A program made the translations under genes and the position numbers. 64,000 nt of DNA from Balanoglossus misakiensis (Eukaryota > Animalia > Hemichordata): the NCBI GenBank assembly GCA_040954595.2, contig CM082588.2, positions 5,406,202 to 5,470,201 of the forward strand, given 5' to 3'. Position 1 is the first letter of the stretch, and every line of letters begins with the position of its first letter. Positions 1 to 13,700 of this stretch are shown here, in pieces. The notes below the pieces were generated by a model. It searched no databases and was not told where the DNA came from. It was given only the letters and a program-made list of their open reading frames with translations.

Positions 1-3000
1 ATTCGTGCTGCACAAGTGACTACATGTGTACGGCATGTAAGCTATAAACAAGTGGCAATCCTCAAGAGTTTTAATCTTTAAAGCTCTGTATCACCCCTAA
101 GTTGTTCGTGTGTGATGCATTAATCTGATCTTAACATCTGTTTCTGCACATGTCCTGACAGTGGTGTTCATATTTTTCATCTGTATTGCTGTGCATTAAC
201 AACCCTGGGTTTGTAGGAACACCAATACCACTTCACATGGAGGAGCGGTAACCATGGCAACCCAGGTCAAAGGTTGAGTGGACAATACAGTAAGCGAAGT
301 ATAAAAGCTTGTACAGAAAACTATCGCTTCAATTTTGGAATATGTGCATCAAAATATAAAATTGCAATAAACAATGACTTTTGAACTTGAAAATACTAGG
401 TCAACTCTGTTGGTTCAAGATAAAAGTTTACTATGTGGAACATGGTGAGATGAAAACAGTGCTGAGACTCATTTGTTTACAATTGCAGTACGGCTGTGAG
501 CCACTGACAACATCAGATGCTCTTTTGTTTTTCACCAAGTTTGCACAGATGTTCATTTGTTTGACTGGTCATGTGACTGACATAACTGCCAATGAAAGAT
601 GTTCATTTGTCAGGAACCTGCACCAGATAAACACGCAGTTGACAATTCTTGTTTATAACGACTTCAGAGTGATTTTGCATTTTCCTTTAAAGACCCAGCA
701 TGAACTACTTATAAATGTATCTCACGGTCCTCTCACTACAAAAGCACATTAGATAAAACTATTCCAGGAATGCAACTGTATTTTACATCCAAAAGAATGA
801 AAAACGTGTGAAAAGAATTGAGATAAACAACTCAGTCTATTTTGGTAGCATGCGATATTTTAGTTCAGCTCCGGTGAACACATTAATAACATGTACCGGT
901 GATTTGCATGCTGCAACAACACACGCTGTTTTCCTAGGGGAGGAAAAGTCTACTGTCGTTTAAGTAAAAGCATCCAAGACGTGACAACATCATCAAAACA
1001 TGATGGAAAGTTTCACAAAAACTGAGCAAATTCGCTCAACAGGTATCCCCCTCAAAGGATATCTCCCAAAACATACTGAAGGTATCAACAGGTACATGTA
1101 CATGGGTACATGTACATAGTACAAAACAACTCACACAGAGCCACCATCACATTTGCCTGTACTTACCGGAAAAATAAACAAACACCACTGCTACATGTAC
1201 ATGTACATGTACATATATGTTTCCTCAGCCACTTCTCAATGTACTGTGATTAATGTTTCAGCAAAGAAAGCCCGAAGACGTCTGATCCACCAAGAAAAAC
1301 ACAACGACCTCTATGCGTTCCCTCACCTGTGCTTATACTCCAACGTACGTTGTCAGATCAAATCCCTCTGTGGTTTTCAAGTGATTGTATGTAAACAAAC
1401 CGGCAGTGACCACAGTAACCTGTAAGGTACTCCCAGCATGAACCACTGGCAATGTCCCAGTAACTTTATTCAATGAAACCTTGTGGGGTTTGAAAAAAAA
1501 AGCTTGATCTATTGTTTGGCTGGGTTCCAATTCAGAGTGACTTCTTTCAAATTGCAAAATAATGACGACAAATAATTCTGCTTTCAATGCCAGTGCTCTT
1601 AACTGCTACAGTGAAAATAATTAGGTGTAATGTGTAAACAACAGCCAAGGAAACAGTTATATTCTAAGCATTAGCTTTTATTGATGTACTTGGAAGTTGA
1701 TAGATTCCCTTTGCATAATAGTTATCAGTAACCGTCACATCACTAACGATGTCTGCAGTCTCTTTGCAGTATTAGTGCAGGAGACTGGCAGAGAATCTCA
1801 CATTTTGTTTTTAGGATCTAACAACTTTCTAGATTGAAACTAAATGATGAGTTCTATAAAAGTGTAATGTTTTGGTGGTCACAATGTGCACCTGGGACCA
1901 GAAACATACATGAACTTTCACACAGTGACCAATCAGGTGCTTCCTACGCCACAGATTTCCAATCACAGCACAATGCCAAAATGTACACAATCATACTGGT
2001 TCAGTGCCAAGAATTCACGTGGTGGAAAAGTACTACATTTGCTTTGACCAGGTCAAGGTATCACCAGTCCAAGGTCGGTACACCAAGATTATCAAAAGCC
2101 CATACACAAACCACCTAAAAATAGACATTTTGTGACCTACATCGTCGAACAATGATGGTGTGTGTGTGTACGTATGTGAAGTGAATGAGAGATCATTTCT
2201 CAATAGACCAGTGATGGGGCTATGTATATCGAAGTTGGGTGGGGGGAAGGTTATGTGATAGTTTTGTGGAGAACTGGAAAAAGTGGCTAATAAAATGAAC
2301 AACTGCAGGGACACAGAAGACTATTAACAGACCTTTTTATGCATAATTGAAGAAAGATCGGTAAGTGAATTCTACCAAGTCATGTCTTTAAAAGGGATCT
2401 CCTAGCTCCCTCTGTAGGTCAGAAATCATACCAGCTGACCACTTCTCAAAGCAATACATTTATCACCACTGTCATGTTGTGAAATCACTAGATGCACAAA
2501 TCAATCCCGATCTGGAACACAGGCACATAGCCAGAAGGAACCAACATCAATTTCCTCACCCAAATGAATTAACTTTGAATAGAAAAGGCAATCACGGAAG
2601 TGACTTGTGAAGATCAAGGTGATGTCGCGGTCAATGTCATCGAGACTTGTTGGAAATCACTGACAGAGAAATAAAACAAAGTCAGGACGTGAAATATTTA
2701 TGAGGCCAATGATGTAGCACTTAGAGCTAGCATGCCCTCCAGAGAGAAAGAGACGGAGAAAAAGAAAATGAAAGCTATCCAATTTTTCACGGTATCATAA
2801 GGAAGAACGTACAATAACGTCATTAATTGATTCTGACATTTTTAAAACAAAGAATAATGTCCCAAAGTTAGTGACTTTGTCCCTGTTAAGATGATATCTA
2901 GACATTAAAAATCGAAGATGTTGTTTGAAATACGGTATGATTTACAACGTCAATCATTACATGAAGGTGAATGACCGGTTTTGTTTGCCAAATTCTATAG

Positions 3001-6000
3001 GTGCTTTCGCGGAAATTTTGCATTGATGGAAATTCTGGCAAATTGACCAATATTAGTTATGACGCACAGAAGGGAAGTACTTATTGCAGTCAAGAATGTC
3101 ACACCTACACAAACAATTGACATTTCTATGAACTGTTCGTGCTGTTGAGCTGTACCCATAAAAAAGCACGACTTCAATTTCATTCCATTTATTTTGCTTA
3201 AAAATCAATCAGCTTTAGTCTCAAAGCTCACATGGCTAGTTGTAATGTCATAAATTTCCTCATAAATTATACAAGCTCTGTATCGATAAATCATTAATTT
3301 GTACAACTCATTAAAATTTAAATCAATTTTACAAGCAATAATTTCCTACATAAATAAAATATTGGGTAAATTTCCCCAGCAATGATAAGCTAATGCGGTG
3401 TCTTCGTCCTCAAAATAATACATGTAGTACAGAAATGAAGACGGAAATCATGTCTCAAATGAGTATACATTATCACTGAAAACACAAAAAAGATGACCGT
3501 CATTTGTAAATCTTTCATTTCAAGTATTGATTGGGATTAATGGAGCATTACAATCAATACATATTATAAATTTCTGTAATCTTAATGTAATCTGACTATT
3601 GATACAGCTAAAAAGGTATGCACTGTTCTGTTAAGAGCGTTTTAATCAAAGTGTGCCGATCTACCTTGAAGCCATAATATGGCTTTTTATCTGGCAATGT
3701 GCATTGAAGGAATGCCCTGATAGGTTTCATAGTGTGAATCTCGCATCGCAATCTATGTCTTAAAGCTATCAACATGCTTTTTCTGCACTGGAATCTCGAT
3801 ACTTTATTCTCCATCTTGGTTTGATGTGGAGATGCTCTGTATGTTCAACATGAAATGATCATCAAATGAAACAGGCTTAGGACTAGGACGATCGTTAAAC
3901 TGAAGCTTACGACGACTTCAAGCCACCTCAAAGATGAACTGAGACTGACAGAACTATTCATGTGAATGCATGTCTGTACTAGTCAACAAAATACATTTCG
4001 CTTTAATTTTTCATTTACAGCATTATCTTGGATTGGATACCTTCAGCAAGTCCATGAAAATTTCATCGTTTTCCTACCACAATTTCTTTTAGTAAGTACG
4101 TGTGTACATGTACGGAAGGCAATTGGCCTGTGAGGGCAGTATAGTCCCACCCACCCATCCTCCGAGCTCCGCATGGGCGCCATTCCCATCCTGCTCTCTC
4201 CCACTTTACATTTCCACCACATCCTAAGAAATACTGCATCCACCTGCTGTTCACACAGGACCACGGAAACCAACTCTCCCGTAGGTGTGCCAGAAGTTCT
4301 CCCTGGAATCCAAAAGCACCCACTCACAACAAAAACCAACCCACAGGGAAATATTCAGATTTAATTGAAAATAAATATCAAAATCAATTAATGGATACTT
4401 TTTTATGAAAGGTAATATAGTTAATGCATAATTGTTCATGAAAAATACACAAAGAAAGGATTAACTGTCATGACTATTCATTGTAACCCATTAGAAGTCT
4501 GTAGTTTGGGGCACGTTGGCCATACCAACGTTACTATATGTTTCCCCATTGAACATTTTTCAATTATTTCTCACCCAAAAGAATACGATACACAATATGA
4601 TATCAATAACTTTGCCCTTTGATTACAGCGCCCTCTCATTTCCAGCAGAGTCACCGACATTTCATGTCAAGAAACTTGCATGATTGATCACCCTTTTTGG
4701 TAAACACATTGTAATCTGGACGCATTTCACGAACGACAATGCCATTAAAAACTGTTTGGCAAATGTACACGTAAATCCCCTGCCATCTACACTTCCTCAA
4801 AAAAAAACACAGCAAGGTCTGGCACTGTCCTTTCCATTAAAGGAAGTGATGACATGAAACTGTCTTCCTGCCGTTTAAAATAATTTCTACGGATGCCATC
4901 TTGACATTTGGAAGCAGCTGTGCCTGGCACAAGCACGTAAACTCTCTCTCTCCATCAAAAACGACAGCAAGACACCACGGAAATAAACCATCCATATCTG
5001 TTACTAGCCTGCAAAATGATGCCCAGGCGAAAGTGAAACTGTACAGATCAAAACCAACACTGCTTAACAGAATTTTGGATTTTTGTCCACCAGCCAGCAG
5101 AACCCCATGAACACATCACAACAATCTTTCCACCCTTTGACTACAGCACACACAATTTCCCTGAAAATAGGGCAAATTTTCATCCTAAAAACCAACCAAC
5201 CATACAACCTCCCCCCTTGACAGTTTTGACCTGCTCCCGTACTGTTCGACTATACATTTATTATAGATGGCCGTCTCACATTTTTTTCTACAATGCATCC
5301 CCAGCAGCAAGTTATTGTTAATTAAAATTCACACATTTCCATTAGCCTCCTCAATTTTCTGAAAAATTGATCAATCTATAGAAAACACACTTCATTATCT
5401 GTTTAAATAGATTCATACCCTCAAGGTAAATTCTTCAACAACAAAAAATAACACACACACCTGAATCATACTTTTAATTCATTGATATTTATTCATTGTC
5501 TCTGACCGTTTCAAACATGACTGCAAATAAACCGCGTCGGAATAATCAAGTTCCTTCATCAACCCGTTCCCAATGCATTAACTTTTCTGTAATTATCACT
5601 TAGGATGCAAAAATACCACTTTTCCATCATTTCTGTAAAATATACAGGTTTAATTTGTGATGACAAATGACTTCAAAATTAGGTTCGCAAAAAAGCTGGC
5701 TTTATTTTGCGAAAATCTCATATGACTGGGCTTTTATAGTCAATCATATGGATATTTTCTTTCTGGAAGTACTAGTTCAATATGGTGTTTAAACTTCACA
5801 GTTTGGTAAAAGATGCAAATTACAGCATATGTCATGACAAATGAATGTACTTATAAAATTATCAAATGACTATTACTGTCCGGTAAATTTTGCTGGATTT
5901 GACAAGTCCATATAATTCCCTTCAGATATACTTGATATCTGGTGAGAAAATGTTGGTGATTTCCTTTGTTCAACAGCATCAATTATTCAGTTTTGTCTCG

Positions 6001-8681
6001 AGTTTCCTCCTGCAGGCCATCAAAGCGTCTCCCCACAGCCATTTATCAGACGCACGACTTGTCGCGTTTCCCTCATTCATATTTCATAACCATAACTGCG
6101 GGACTGACAGAGGATGGGGTTTGGTATAGGAACACTGATGGATGGGGCTGGGTTCATTTCCTGGTCTTCTCGTGCCTGGCTAATGACTGGGATTCAGAAA
6201 GTAGGGAGCTGATTGGACGGAAAATTGCCAGATTGGTTTGAGACGAACGTGAGAGTGACTTTTTGAGCTGGTAGATTGTTTCTGTTGTACGAGTTGCTTC
6301 TGTATTGCATGGTTGAAAATACTGACTTGCCCGATTGCGTACTGGCACACGCCAAAAACATTCGAACTTTTTTCATTTCTACAGAAGGTGAAATTCGAGC
6401 TTCAGAGAGCATTATTCATTCATAACCAACGCCATCTGCGACATTCTAGTGAATGCACACTGTATCGTATTACACCCATCAACGAATAGATTTATTATGA
6501 GAAAGTCATATAGTCATCCATTTTGAAAATTATCACTCATGCATATTGTATTAGGGTGTCAACTTACCAGTACAGGGATCATACATATCAAAATCATTTT
6601 TTTAATATTAAAAAAATTGCTAGGTAAATTTACATCATCTATTTCAGAAGACTTTCCCAAGAACACCATTTTGAATGGTTTTCCTAAATGTAACCTGCCA
6701 AGTAAATCAAACACTTTCTTTCTTTCTTTACAGGGAGGAGCTTACAGACAGATCAACTTTCACTTCCACGGCAAAATTTTCCGAGTTTCTTCTCGATGAT
6801 GCATACAAGTATCTGACTCAACCTTTACGAAGAGCACCGAGAAATATCATAGTTGAAAAATGTAATCAGGCGAAAAAAATTGAATCTTGACTTCCTTTGA
6901 AGATCAAAAGCCTACCGATGAGAGAGGGAGAGGATAATTTGTGATATTACATGCCTGTCCACGGAACATTTAGATGACAACTCATTACAGCAAGATTGAT
7001 TGCATTGCAGATTATGCGCAGGAGTTGCTCTATGGCTCTCTGGTTGTGCCAGTTTGAATGGTTTCGCTTGGAAATGGTACTGGAAACTTCCATTGGGAAG
7101 CAGCCATTACACACATTTCATCTTCTGCCGAGTTTACATTTTGTTGCGAAATCAAATGAAACTGCTGAGTGTACATCTTACAGTGTGAGAATAAAATGAC
7201 TTTGCAACTCACTTGTAGTTGTACGGTACAGTACGTGTTTAAGAATTTCATTCATTAACTGTGCAGATATGTACATGTATGCTGATAACTGAGGTTATAA
7301 CATGTAACTGCTAGTAACTAGCGGTTACCTGGTTACATTCATGCATATTTAATTGTAACCACAGGTAAAACATCGTTTTAATACCATATCTGTTTCACAA
7401 CAGGACAATCTATAGACATCAGAAGTTCAATTTCAAAGTAATAAAATCACTGAAACAGCTTCCCGACAATGAAGTCAATTAGGTTAGTTTCATTTATTGA
7501 ATCATCCGTTGATAAACAAGATACCGATCAATGCGAAAGTGAATTTCCTGAAGATAAACACAATTTATCGTTTTCAATAACTTCATGCCGCAACTTACAC
7601 AATGATAACCTTTCAACTCGCGTTTTAATGTAGGATGCATCTGAATATTAGTTCAGAAATTTTCTCCCCTAAATTTTTATCCATAGGACTTATTTTTTCA
7701 TGAGAACGGTCCGGTACTATTGATATTAGACATCAGATTAATATTTAAATAATAAATCATTGTCATGCAAGAACTTGGCTGTCAAGAACACTTATTTCCA
7801 AGTATGTGTTGTAGACCATTAGTGTGTCTTGATGATAAAGAACTTCAACTTCAAAAGCACATTCATTCAAAAAAAATTCTGAATGAAGACAAAAGTAAAA
7901 CTGAAATCTGCCAACTGCAGTAAGCGGATAAACAGCCAAAGTGTAATCTGTCATACAGCTGGGGCTTGCCACTGTGCAATATAAATGATATACCCTGGGG
8001 GGAATGCGTGTACGGGATTTTCTGATTTTGTCGGTTAGGCTAGTTTAGATATTCAATGTCTTTCCTCCTTCATTCATTACTCGCGTACATTACAACCGCG
8101 CGGTAGCCTTTCTGCCTTGTAACCTGTCTATCCGTTTTGATCGATCGTTTTAATTTTTTTCACTTACTTGATAAGCGAGCGCACCGACTTTTTTCTTCCA
8201 GTCTGCGATCGTGATTTGCAAATCTGTGAGAATGAGTTTGTTGAATTATTCGAAAGAGATGCAATTTGGGTGTTATTAGATTTGTGATTTTCACCCGGGG
8301 TGTATCCAGTGATGCGTGTAGTCCCTGTGTCATAAATTTTCACATAAATTATAGGTAATTTACACGTAATGTAGCTGGAAAATTGGGGTCTCCAAATACT
8401 ACCGAGTCCTTCCATGAATATTTTACTACATTTTGTTAAAAGTAACTAGCAAAGCAGACCAAATCACAATATCCCACACCTCCTAAAAAGTTTGAATTCA
8501 AAATGGCTGCCAAACTACGTAGATGCAAAAATTGCAAGTGAAAATTTGCGAATAGATTGGTTTTCTGAAAGCATTACAGTGAAATCCTGATTTCAGTTAT
8601 ATCACACTGACTCCACAAAGGTGTAATATAGAAAAAATATTGTTTCCCAAAGTGATTCCTACCTTAATCGCAATATTTAAA

Positions 8682-9335
8682 TAATAACACATGATAGCGA
8701 GGGCAATATCACGATTTGAAGCCTGCACGAGGGATGGTGATCTCTGACTACAATATTGATGATGCCCGAGCCGCAGGCGAGGGTATCATCAATATTGTGG
8801 TCAGAGATCACCAGCCCGAGGGCAGGCTTCAAATCGTGATGTTGCCCGAGCATCATGTGTTATTAATTTTATTACGCCGAACATTTGAACGTACATACAA
8901 GGCAGGCATAGAAGAACGTAGACGCGCGTCCATATGTCGTACGTTGCTGAGAATGTAAAATGTCTCGATCTCCCAAGAATTATACGATACCTACTTCGAA
9001 CTTAGATTATTTTGAAAATACTGCACTGTTGGTTGCGATTTTGTTGTATTTACTGTCCGTTTGTGGTAAAATATCGTCCAGTTGAACAGGTGTTAAGCCT
9101 ATGTGTCGCTTTGAAGCCATAGATGCGGGAGTTGACTGATCGTGGAGGAAGCCATTGAACGACAGTTTGGAACGCGCAGAAGTCGCGCGCAGAACACAAA
9201 ACAACCCAGCGGGCAATATCAGCGCACGCGACAGGGCTTTATCAACTCTAGCCATGTTATATCACTTTTTTTTCTATATCACGTGAGCGCGTCTCAGCCA
9301 ATCACGAATATGGTATAATACGTGAGGTGTAATAA
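8682..9335 (+). mobile_element. Non-autonomous hairpin element, copy 1 (184-bp fold-back followed by a short-IR-bounded segment); class uncertain
   Basis: Arms 8682-8772 and 8776-8865 are near-complementary, with GA opposite GA three times. TTATTACGCC (8869) and GGTGTAATAA (9326-9335) form a second inverted repeat. Confidence 0.65.
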
Positions 9336-9978
9336 CAGTGATTACGACAAGTTGGCAAAGCCATATTGTACTGCTGACAATTCAATCAAACACAACAAAA
9401 GGGAGCTGATTGGCTTGAAATCAGATACCAGAGTATTATACAAACAGGTCTAGGACCTTTACCTGGCTCAGCAATACACTACTGCTATTCTTTGCATGCA
9501 TGTATAGATCTCATTTCCAGAATTATACAATATAGATATTTTTTTCTGTAAACACATGATTGAGTAATGTACTCGAGGCATGCAGTTTCTTAATTGGCAT
9601 TCCCTGAATCTCAAATTCAGCAAGATTCAAATATAGATGTACTGGTATTATAGAATAAACCGCCTCTCAAGTGAAACAAAATGACCAGAAATGTTACAAA
9701 TATCCTTTTACCGACGACGGCTCAGAACAATGGACCCGAAATCATTTACGCTCGAAAACCCGCAGACAATAGCCAATTCTCTGTGATGACATCACTAATT
9801 ACGCACTTTCTGGTGCCCGTCCCCGAGGGAGCCCTTTCCTACCGGCTACCTCCAACGCACACAGCATCAACCGGGGCAATCACTTATCTCCAAAAAAGCT
9901 TTCCAACGCTCCCCTATCACACTGAATCTTTCATCAAGGCCCCCATCACAATTGATTGCATGCACACACGCTTGCATA

Positions 9979-10186
9979 CTGTAAAACACTTTATTTTCGC
10001 AAGCAATTAATTTTCGCCAAATACGGGAGAGCGAAAATAGCATGAAAATAAAAAGTCGCGTAAATTGTTTTTGAAGATAACGATGCAGTGAATGCGATAA
10101 GAGAACGCGAAAATTAATACTCGCGAAACAGTGGCCACTATCGATATCGCGAAAATTTTGACTCGCGAAAATAAAGTGTTTTACAG
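9979..10186. mobile_element. TA-flanked MITE (Tc1/mariner-type), 208 bp
   Basis: 22-bp perfect TIR CTGTAAAACACTTTATTTTCGC / GCGAAAATAAAGTGTTTTACAG, TA on both sides (9977-78, 10187-88), and internal GCGAAAAT sub-repeats. Confidence 0.85.
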
Positions 10187-10626
10187 TATGTGCCAATGGA
10201 GAGCTAGAGGTACTCCAATCCAGGCAAATGTAATACCTTTAGCTTAATTTGTGCAGCTACGGTGGTGCCTAACAACTTTATCAGTTCTATTACTCTGGCA
10301 ATGCTTTGATTGAAGAGGCCCATGGGAACTGACACGAAATCTGGGGTCAGCTTTTATTCATGAAGGGGGAGGGGAGAAAAGGACAATCAACCCCCCCAAA
10401 AACAGACCCCTTTGTTTCAAACCATGCCTTACAAGAAGTGAGAATTTCCAATTTTCCAAGAAGAATAATTTCAAACTGTATAATAATTCTGCGGCAAGAC
10501 AACAGAGAATTGTAGAACTTTAGTCGAATATCAGAAATGAAAGTGCATCTTCAAAAATTCAAACAACATTTTGTCAATCTTACATATTGTGAGAATGAAC
10601 AATGGCACCTGCACCCACAACTTGGC

Positions 10627-10716
10627 AATTATAAAGTAGAATTTGTGAAAAAAACTTTCCAAGACGCCTGAATTAATAAAGTAGAATTTTTTGAAAAAAA
10701 CTTTCCAAAATGTTTG
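10627..10716. repeat. Tandem duplication, about 45 bp x2
   Basis: AATT(A)ATAAAGTAGAATTT..TGAAAAAAACTTTCCAA occurs twice. Confidence 0.85.
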
Positions 10717-13700
10717 AGCTGAACATAGACTGACATGCTATTTTTAGCAACAAACAGCAACTTGCTAGCTATCAACCCATGCACCAGTCCAGGACCATTT
10801 TCCTTTTAACCGAAGAAAGAGAAATTTCCCCCGGAATCATCCTTCAGATATCGTGTTTCAAATCCTCCAGGGCCACAGATAGCTTAAAAACCGTATTATC
10901 TCGTCTCCTGCGAGGACTATCATCCCTTTGGAGATTTTTTTTTGGCCTCGGCTCCATTGATCCTCTGGGTGATCCACTTAGACAGACAGACAGACACAAC
11001 AAAAGGGGAGGTTATCGTGTTTCATTGCTGAAGGCTGGTGAAGTCAACCTGTATTGTTGGTCTCCGAGACCTTTCTGAGATGGGGGTACAGAGATCTTCT
11101 TTCTGTGACATCAAGTGGAAAACTTTGCTGTAAACAAGATGCGACAAAGAGATGCATGCATGTATGCACACTTCCAGTTCAACTTGTTGCATTTATGGAG
11201 ACATTTTGTCAAGCATGATTTCAAAAATCGTGTATTTACCACTGAATCACAAAAGTTCATTCCCTTCGTCTGCAGTTCCTTGCTTCTTTTGTTTTTTCCT
11301 TTTATTTTATCATGAATTGCAATCATGTACTGTATAATTTCATTATTTTATATTGAGAGAAAAGTTAAGCCAAGTATCATTTGACAACAGTATCACATTC
11401 TCTCCAGTAGAACTCTGTGAATCAGTGGTATACTGAAGATGCTGGACAAAATGCCAATCAATGTCCTTTGTGTATTCTGTTAAGTACACACACACATTCA
11501 CACGCAGGCTCCTGCCATTGTTTGAGTTGGAAAATCTGACAGGTAGGAAGGAGGTTACAATTTTTTCCACCTCCATTTTCTGCGTGTGTAGACGCAATCA
11601 CACTTGAGACCGCAAAATCCACACACAAACAGTCGTCAACTGTCAGCTCGTCTCCCACGTGAGTGAGTCATATATGTTTTGGAGAACGGATCAGAAGTAG
11701 GTCTCTCGATTTACAGACATTAGATTTTTGAGCGCATCCACAAAAGTTGATATCCAGGGCAGTATGAGGAGTTCACAATATGATCAAATTCCTCATCAGT
11801 CGGTCAAAACTTAAGACATCTCACAAGGAAAATTAATTTAGCTGAAGTTGCATATCCATCGCTCAGTATTGGATTGAGAACAATGTGCTTCTCTTTATTT
11901 TATACATCTGCAAAACTACATAAAAATATGACATTGCCCTTAAAATTCCCCATTTTCTTCAAATGAGAGTTTTTCCAACATTTTTATCTGGTTGTTGCGC
12001 CAGCAATTTGACCATGTTTGTTCAGCCTGACAGAATGATGGAGTAGACCACTGGGCTTGCCTCCCCAGTGACCATGGCGACAGAGATGAAATGAAATGGA
12101 TGAGATGACAGCAAGGACAGTGTTCAGACGGAGTCTCATCTAACACGGTGACAAGTTGCACGTTCAAGGCCGACAATAATGAGATGAACTCAAGACAGAC
12201 AAACGTGTCTTCTTGCAAAGATTATGCTATACAAAACACAGGCAGACAATGTGACACAAGCATTGAGAGACGCGGTTGTGACTGTCAAGCAAGGCATTCA
12301 TCGACTGTTCTCTGAAATGCCTCCAAGTGTCACAGGACACATCAACTGCCATGTCACTTATGCAATATAGATGTTCCTTTATGACAAGGGCAGACACCGG
12401 GACTGTCTGAGGGCGACTTTGAACAACTGATTGACAGCTCCGTGTCTATATGTGTAATGTGTTATAATCTTCATAGATCTGGTATTCATCAATAATAAAT
12501 CATAATAGTCAGGGAGATTTTGCAGCTAGATCTCTCAGAGCTCTGGCCACAAGGTGAGTGTAAGTGCAGTCTTTTGAACAGATGAGAAGTGAAATAATAG
12601 CCTTTGTTTCAGCTTTTTACTTCAAAAGCCAAAAACATCACAGAAAATTGCAGTTCTAACAAAAGAATCATTTCTCAACTTCTTTAATTCCTCAACCCAT
12701 TATCGAAAGACCTAAACCCTTTAACACGGGCTAACGCAAAGATTACCACAAAGCTACATAATTTTAAATGACCAATAAGTTCAGCACTTTTCATTGAATT
12801 AAAAAGCAATCAGCGTTTGGGATGGAGTGTTTCCACTGCAATGAACAGTGACAATGGTCTGCACAGTGAGTGCGTGGTTGACTTTGATGTTTCATTTATC
12901 CCAGGAACTAATAAGCTTTCTTTGATGAACTACATGTAGTTTGCTTTTTATGTTTTTTTATAATAACAGAGTGATTAGTTGTTAGTGATTATGGTTGGAG
13001 CAAGTTTAACGTCATGATTTAAAATCGATTATCAAGTTCATATCAAGTCGCCAATTTAACCTTGGTTGTGTTTGTCGTCTCTGATTGGCTGATCCAGTGA
13101 TTGGATGGCTTCGCGTGATTGGGTATTCTAATGAATGCTGAGCTCACAAGCTAAATTGTTATAATGGAAGTGTTGGCACATTGTCGGCATTTTGTGTTGT
13201 ACAAGCACAGAAGAAGCTTAAGAACAGGAAACAAAATCCAGAAATCAAAATTTAATTGACACATAAATTCCAGAAATCAAGATCTGTTGGCACAAAAGTT
13301 CTTAGCAGTACAGTAACAGTATATTCCGGCCAGAAATAAACTTTTCAAAAATGTGGTCTGACTCACAGCAGTTGTCACGGCGATGTTGGGTAATCTAAGC
13401 AGCGACTAAAAACCAACATTACAACGCTCTCAGCTCTAAAGTGACATTGATCTGTTCCTCTCGACATCAGAATTCGTTCACAGACAATTTGACAGCAGCG
13501 TGTACACAACTTTCCTCTCTTCTACAAACAAAATCAAGTCACTCTTCAAATTGACACACTGGGCGCAATAACACACACGCAGATTTAACTAAAACCCAGG
13601 AGATTCTCGCTTTGCAAGTTTCGAGTTTCAAATCAATACCGTGATCAAAAGGGAAACCCAACACAGGTGTGGGATACGGCCGTCCGATAGCCACAAAACG

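Noticed and set aside
2557-2661. Good minus-strand acceptor (ttttatttctctgtcag) and a downstream GTGAGG donor
   Set aside because: All three frames contain a stop (the phase-0 frame begins with TGA), so it is not a coding exon.
8164-8415. Minus-strand ORFs ending at a GTAAGT donor, possible alternative first exon
   Set aside because: No homology recognised, and the neighbourhood looks repeat-derived (TTCAAAATGGCTGCC motif, TTAA-type end near 8665).
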